Below, piece by piece: positions 62,022-64,000 of a DNA stretch of 64,000 bases (the stretch's first letter is position 1; each line of letters begins with the position of its first letter). The stretch spans positions 1,629 to 65,628 of the forward strand of contig DATBJH010000079.1 in assembly GCA_036556505.1 (NCBI GenBank), in the 5' to 3' direction. A program made the translations under genes and the position numbers. The stretch comes from Gemmatimonadales bacterium (GTDB lineage: Bacteria > Gemmatimonadota > Gemmatimonadetes > Gemmatimonadales > GWC2-71-9). The notes below the pieces were generated by a model. That model was not told the DNA's origin. It made no database searches and was given only the letters and a program-made list of their open reading frames with translations.

Positions 62022-62240
62022 ATGAAAACGCTGGACGTGATGGCCGCCGTGCTCCTGGTTGTGGGCGGCCTGAATTGGGGAGTGGTCGGCCTGACCGGCT
62101 CCGACCTGGTGGGCGCCCTCTTCGGCGAGCTGAGCCCGGTGAGCCGTGCCGTGTACATCCTCGTCGGACTCGCCGCGCTGTATCAGGCGCTCCAATGGAA
62201 GGCCATTCAGCACCGCTGGCAGCCCGCGACCGCCAGGTGA
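62022..62240 (+). CDS. DUF378 small membrane protein
   Basis: MKTLDVMAAVLLVVGGLNWGVVGL..., with a GGAGG SD 8 nt upstream. Confidence 0.8.
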   Translation: MKTLDVMAAVLLVVGGLNWGVVGLTGSDLVGALFGELSPVSRAVYILVGLAALYQALQWKAIQHRWQPATAR

Positions 62241-62286
62241 CCCCGAAGACCCCAGGGGCACTTCACCCGAACGCAAAGGACCGACC

Positions 62287-62979
62287 ATGAACCGCAGACT
62301 GCTGACCCTGCTCCTGGCCGCCACGGCATTCACGGCGGCCTGTGACGACGACGATGACAACACGGGCCCCGAGGGCGACGCTCGCGTGCGGGTCGTCCAC
62401 GCCTCGCCCGACGCTCCGGACGTGGACGTGCTGCTGGACGACGCCGTGGTGCTGAGCGATGTGCCGTATCTCGCCGCGTCGGACTACCTCGAGACCACCG
62501 ACGGCGACCACAACCTGAAGGTGAACGCGGCGGGCACGACCACGACCGTCATCGATGCCGACGTGACCCTCACGGACGGGACCGACTACACCGTGATCGC
62601 GTCCGGCCTCGCCGCCCAGATCGAGCCCATCGTGCTGGAAGACGACAAGACCGCACCGGCCGCAGGCAGCGTTCGGGTGCGCGCGATTCACGGCGCCCCC
62701 AGCGCGCCCGCGGTGGACGTGTACGTCACCGCACCGGACGCGGACCTCGCGACGGCCACACCCACGCTCACCGGCGTCCAGTTCGGCGACTTCTCGGATT
62801 ACCTCGAGGTCCCCGCCGGCGACTACCAGGTGCGGGTGACGCCGGCCGGCACCAAGACGGTCGCGATCGACAGCGGGGCGCTCACGCTGTCCGGCGGGCA
62901 GGTGCGCACCGTGATCGCGGTGGACGCCGCGGGGGGCGGCGCGCCGTTCGACTTCCTGGTCCTCGCGGACCTGAACTGA
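62287..62979 (+). CDS. DUF4397-like lipoprotein
   Basis: Lipobox LLLAATAFTAAC. Repeated RVRVVHASPDAPDVDVLLD / VRVRAIHGAPSAPAVDVYV modules. Confidence 0.75.
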   Translation: MNRRLLTLLLAATAFTAACDDDDDNTGPEGDARVRVVHASPDAPDVDVLLDDAVVLSDVPYLAASDYLETTDGDHNLKVNAAGTTTTVIDADVTLTDGTDYTVIASGLAAQIEPIVLEDDKTAPAAGSVRVRAIHGAPSAPAVDVYVTAPDADLATATPTLTGVQFGDFSDYLEVPAGDYQVRVTPAGTKTVAIDSGALTLSGGQVRTVIAVDAAGGGAPFDFLVLADLN

Positions 62980-63012
62980 AACTGCAACGCAAACCGATTG
63001 GGAGACATTCCG

Positions 63013-63576
63013 ATGCGCAGTGCTATTGGCTACGCGGCCGTGCTCATGCTGGCGGCCGCCACGGTCGTCGAGGCCCAGGAGGCCCCGCGACGCCTCACGC
63101 TGGAGGCAAGGGGCGGCTTCAACGTCCCCACCTTCGACATCTCCGACGCGGTGGACGGAGGCCCCAGCGTGGGCGTCGGCCTGGGCTACCAGCTCTCGCC
63201 CAAGGTCTGGCTGCTCGGCGACATCGACGCCGGCTTCCACTCGGGCGCCGAGATCACCGGCGGCGCCGAGGGGCCGGACGCGAACGTGTATCACTACATC
63301 GCGAAGGTCGGCTACTCCGTGGTACCGGAGGGCACTTCGCCCTGGTCGGTGATCCTCAACGCCGGGGGCGGAGCGATGACGTTCGACGTGGACGGCGGGA
63401 GCTCGAACACCTATCCGGCGATCAACGTCGGCGCCAAGATCGCGTACCGGCTCAGCCCCCAGTTCAGCTTTCTGCTGAGCCCCCAGGGCGACATCGCCTT
63501 CACCGACGAGGCGGAGGTCGGGACCACGAACTCCTGGGTGTGGCCCTTCACGGCGGGTTTCCGCGTCGGGTTCTAG
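63013..63576 (+). CDS. Small outer-membrane beta-barrel protein (OmpW/porin-family-like)
   Basis: Signal peptide MRSAIGYAAVLMLAAATVVEAQ, alternating beta-strand pattern, and a C-terminal aromatic residue (AGFRVGF). Confidence 0.7.
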   Translation: MRSAIGYAAVLMLAAATVVEAQEAPRRLTLEARGGFNVPTFDISDAVDGGPSVGVGLGYQLSPKVWLLGDIDAGFHSGAEITGGAEGPDANVYHYIAKVGYSVVPEGTSPWSVILNAGGGAMTFDVDGGSSNTYPAINVGAKIAYRLSPQFSFLLSPQGDIAFTDEAEVGTTNSWVWPFTAGFRVGF

Positions 63577-63624
63577 CACCGGTCCGCTTGGCAGCGGGGC
63601 CGCCTGCGACTACGATGCAGCCGC

Positions 63625-64000
63625 ATGCGGCCGTCACCCGCCCCCGGCACTCTGCTCGTGATCATGCTCGGCGCGGCCATCGGGTGCGGCGACGCGTCGC
63701 CGCCGAAGGCCGGCGCCCGCACCTCCCCGTCCGAGTCGTCACCGCCACCGAAGCCGAAGGTGTGGGAGCCGAAGCCGATCGTGGCTCCTCCGCGCGACAC
63801 GGTGGCCGACACGCTGCCTGCCGCGGGCGATAGTGCGCCGCCGAAGCCTCATCCGCGCGGCCCGCGGCCGTTCGTCCTCAGCCCGGCCGATTCGGCGAAG
63901 TGGCCGGTGGCCGGTCCCAAGCCGCTGCCGGGAGCCTTGCTCCCGGAGCACCGGATCGTCGCCTACTACGGCAACCCTCGCTCCACCAGGATGGGCATCC
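63625..64000 (+). CDS. Lipoprotein, 5-prime partial (runs off the window)
   Basis: My own translation from the ATG at 63625: MRPSPAPGTLLVIMLGAAIGCGD... (lipobox), Pro/Lys-rich linker, then ...LPEHRIVAYYGNPRSTRMGI with no stop before 64000. It is not in the ORF track because it is open-ended. Confidence 0.55.
   Translation, partial: MRPSPAPGTLLVIMLGAAIGCGDASPPKAGARTSPSESSPPPKPKVWEPKPIVAPPRDTVADTLPAAGDSAPPKPHPRGPRPFVLSPADSAKWPVAGPKPLPGALLPEHRIVAYYGNPRSTRMGI

Overview
Very GC-rich bacterial chromosomal window, densely coded. I support about 58 protein genes and one tRNA-Asn. I saw no rRNA, CRISPR array, transposase or integrase. Many long ORFs in the six-frame track are antisense shadow ORFs typical of high-GC DNA, and I rejected them. 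Most of the content is housekeeping or accessory metabolism: malate synthase, Pit/DUF47, NadE, GH15 plus a dehydrogenase, MlaEFD, RNase Z, a MutY-like glycosylase, a DtxR-MntH-MCO-ZIP metal cluster, an AttEFGH-like ABC transporter, a Ser/Thr kinase and a hybrid histidine kinase. Five things deserve a second look. (1) The left-end locus (117-8112): two paralogous 44/51-aa peptides, each with its own promoter repeats and hairpin. They are followed by three translationally coupled HlyD-like proteins, one carrying two GAF domains and one fused to an S2P/M50 metalloprotease. A divergent SARP/BTAD-AAA regulator faces them. This is my best candidate for an undescribed peptide processing/export or signalling system. 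(2) A translationally coupled gamma-class N6-adenine DNA methyltransferase plus SNF2 helicase pair (19411-24580) with no recognisable nuclease. (3) A family of palindromic elements built from tandem 7-8-nt repeats, in three sequence types. They sit in intergenic regions, and one lies in frame inside nadE and others form the ends of several CDSs. (4) A DUF4384-like secreted protein with an extreme Tyr/Pro-rich tract, three roughly 45-aa repeats and a poly-Gly tail. (5) A B12-binding MerR (CarH/LitR-like) regulator heading an SDR/DUF2867-photolyase operon. All functional calls come from motif recognition by eye; no database search was possible.
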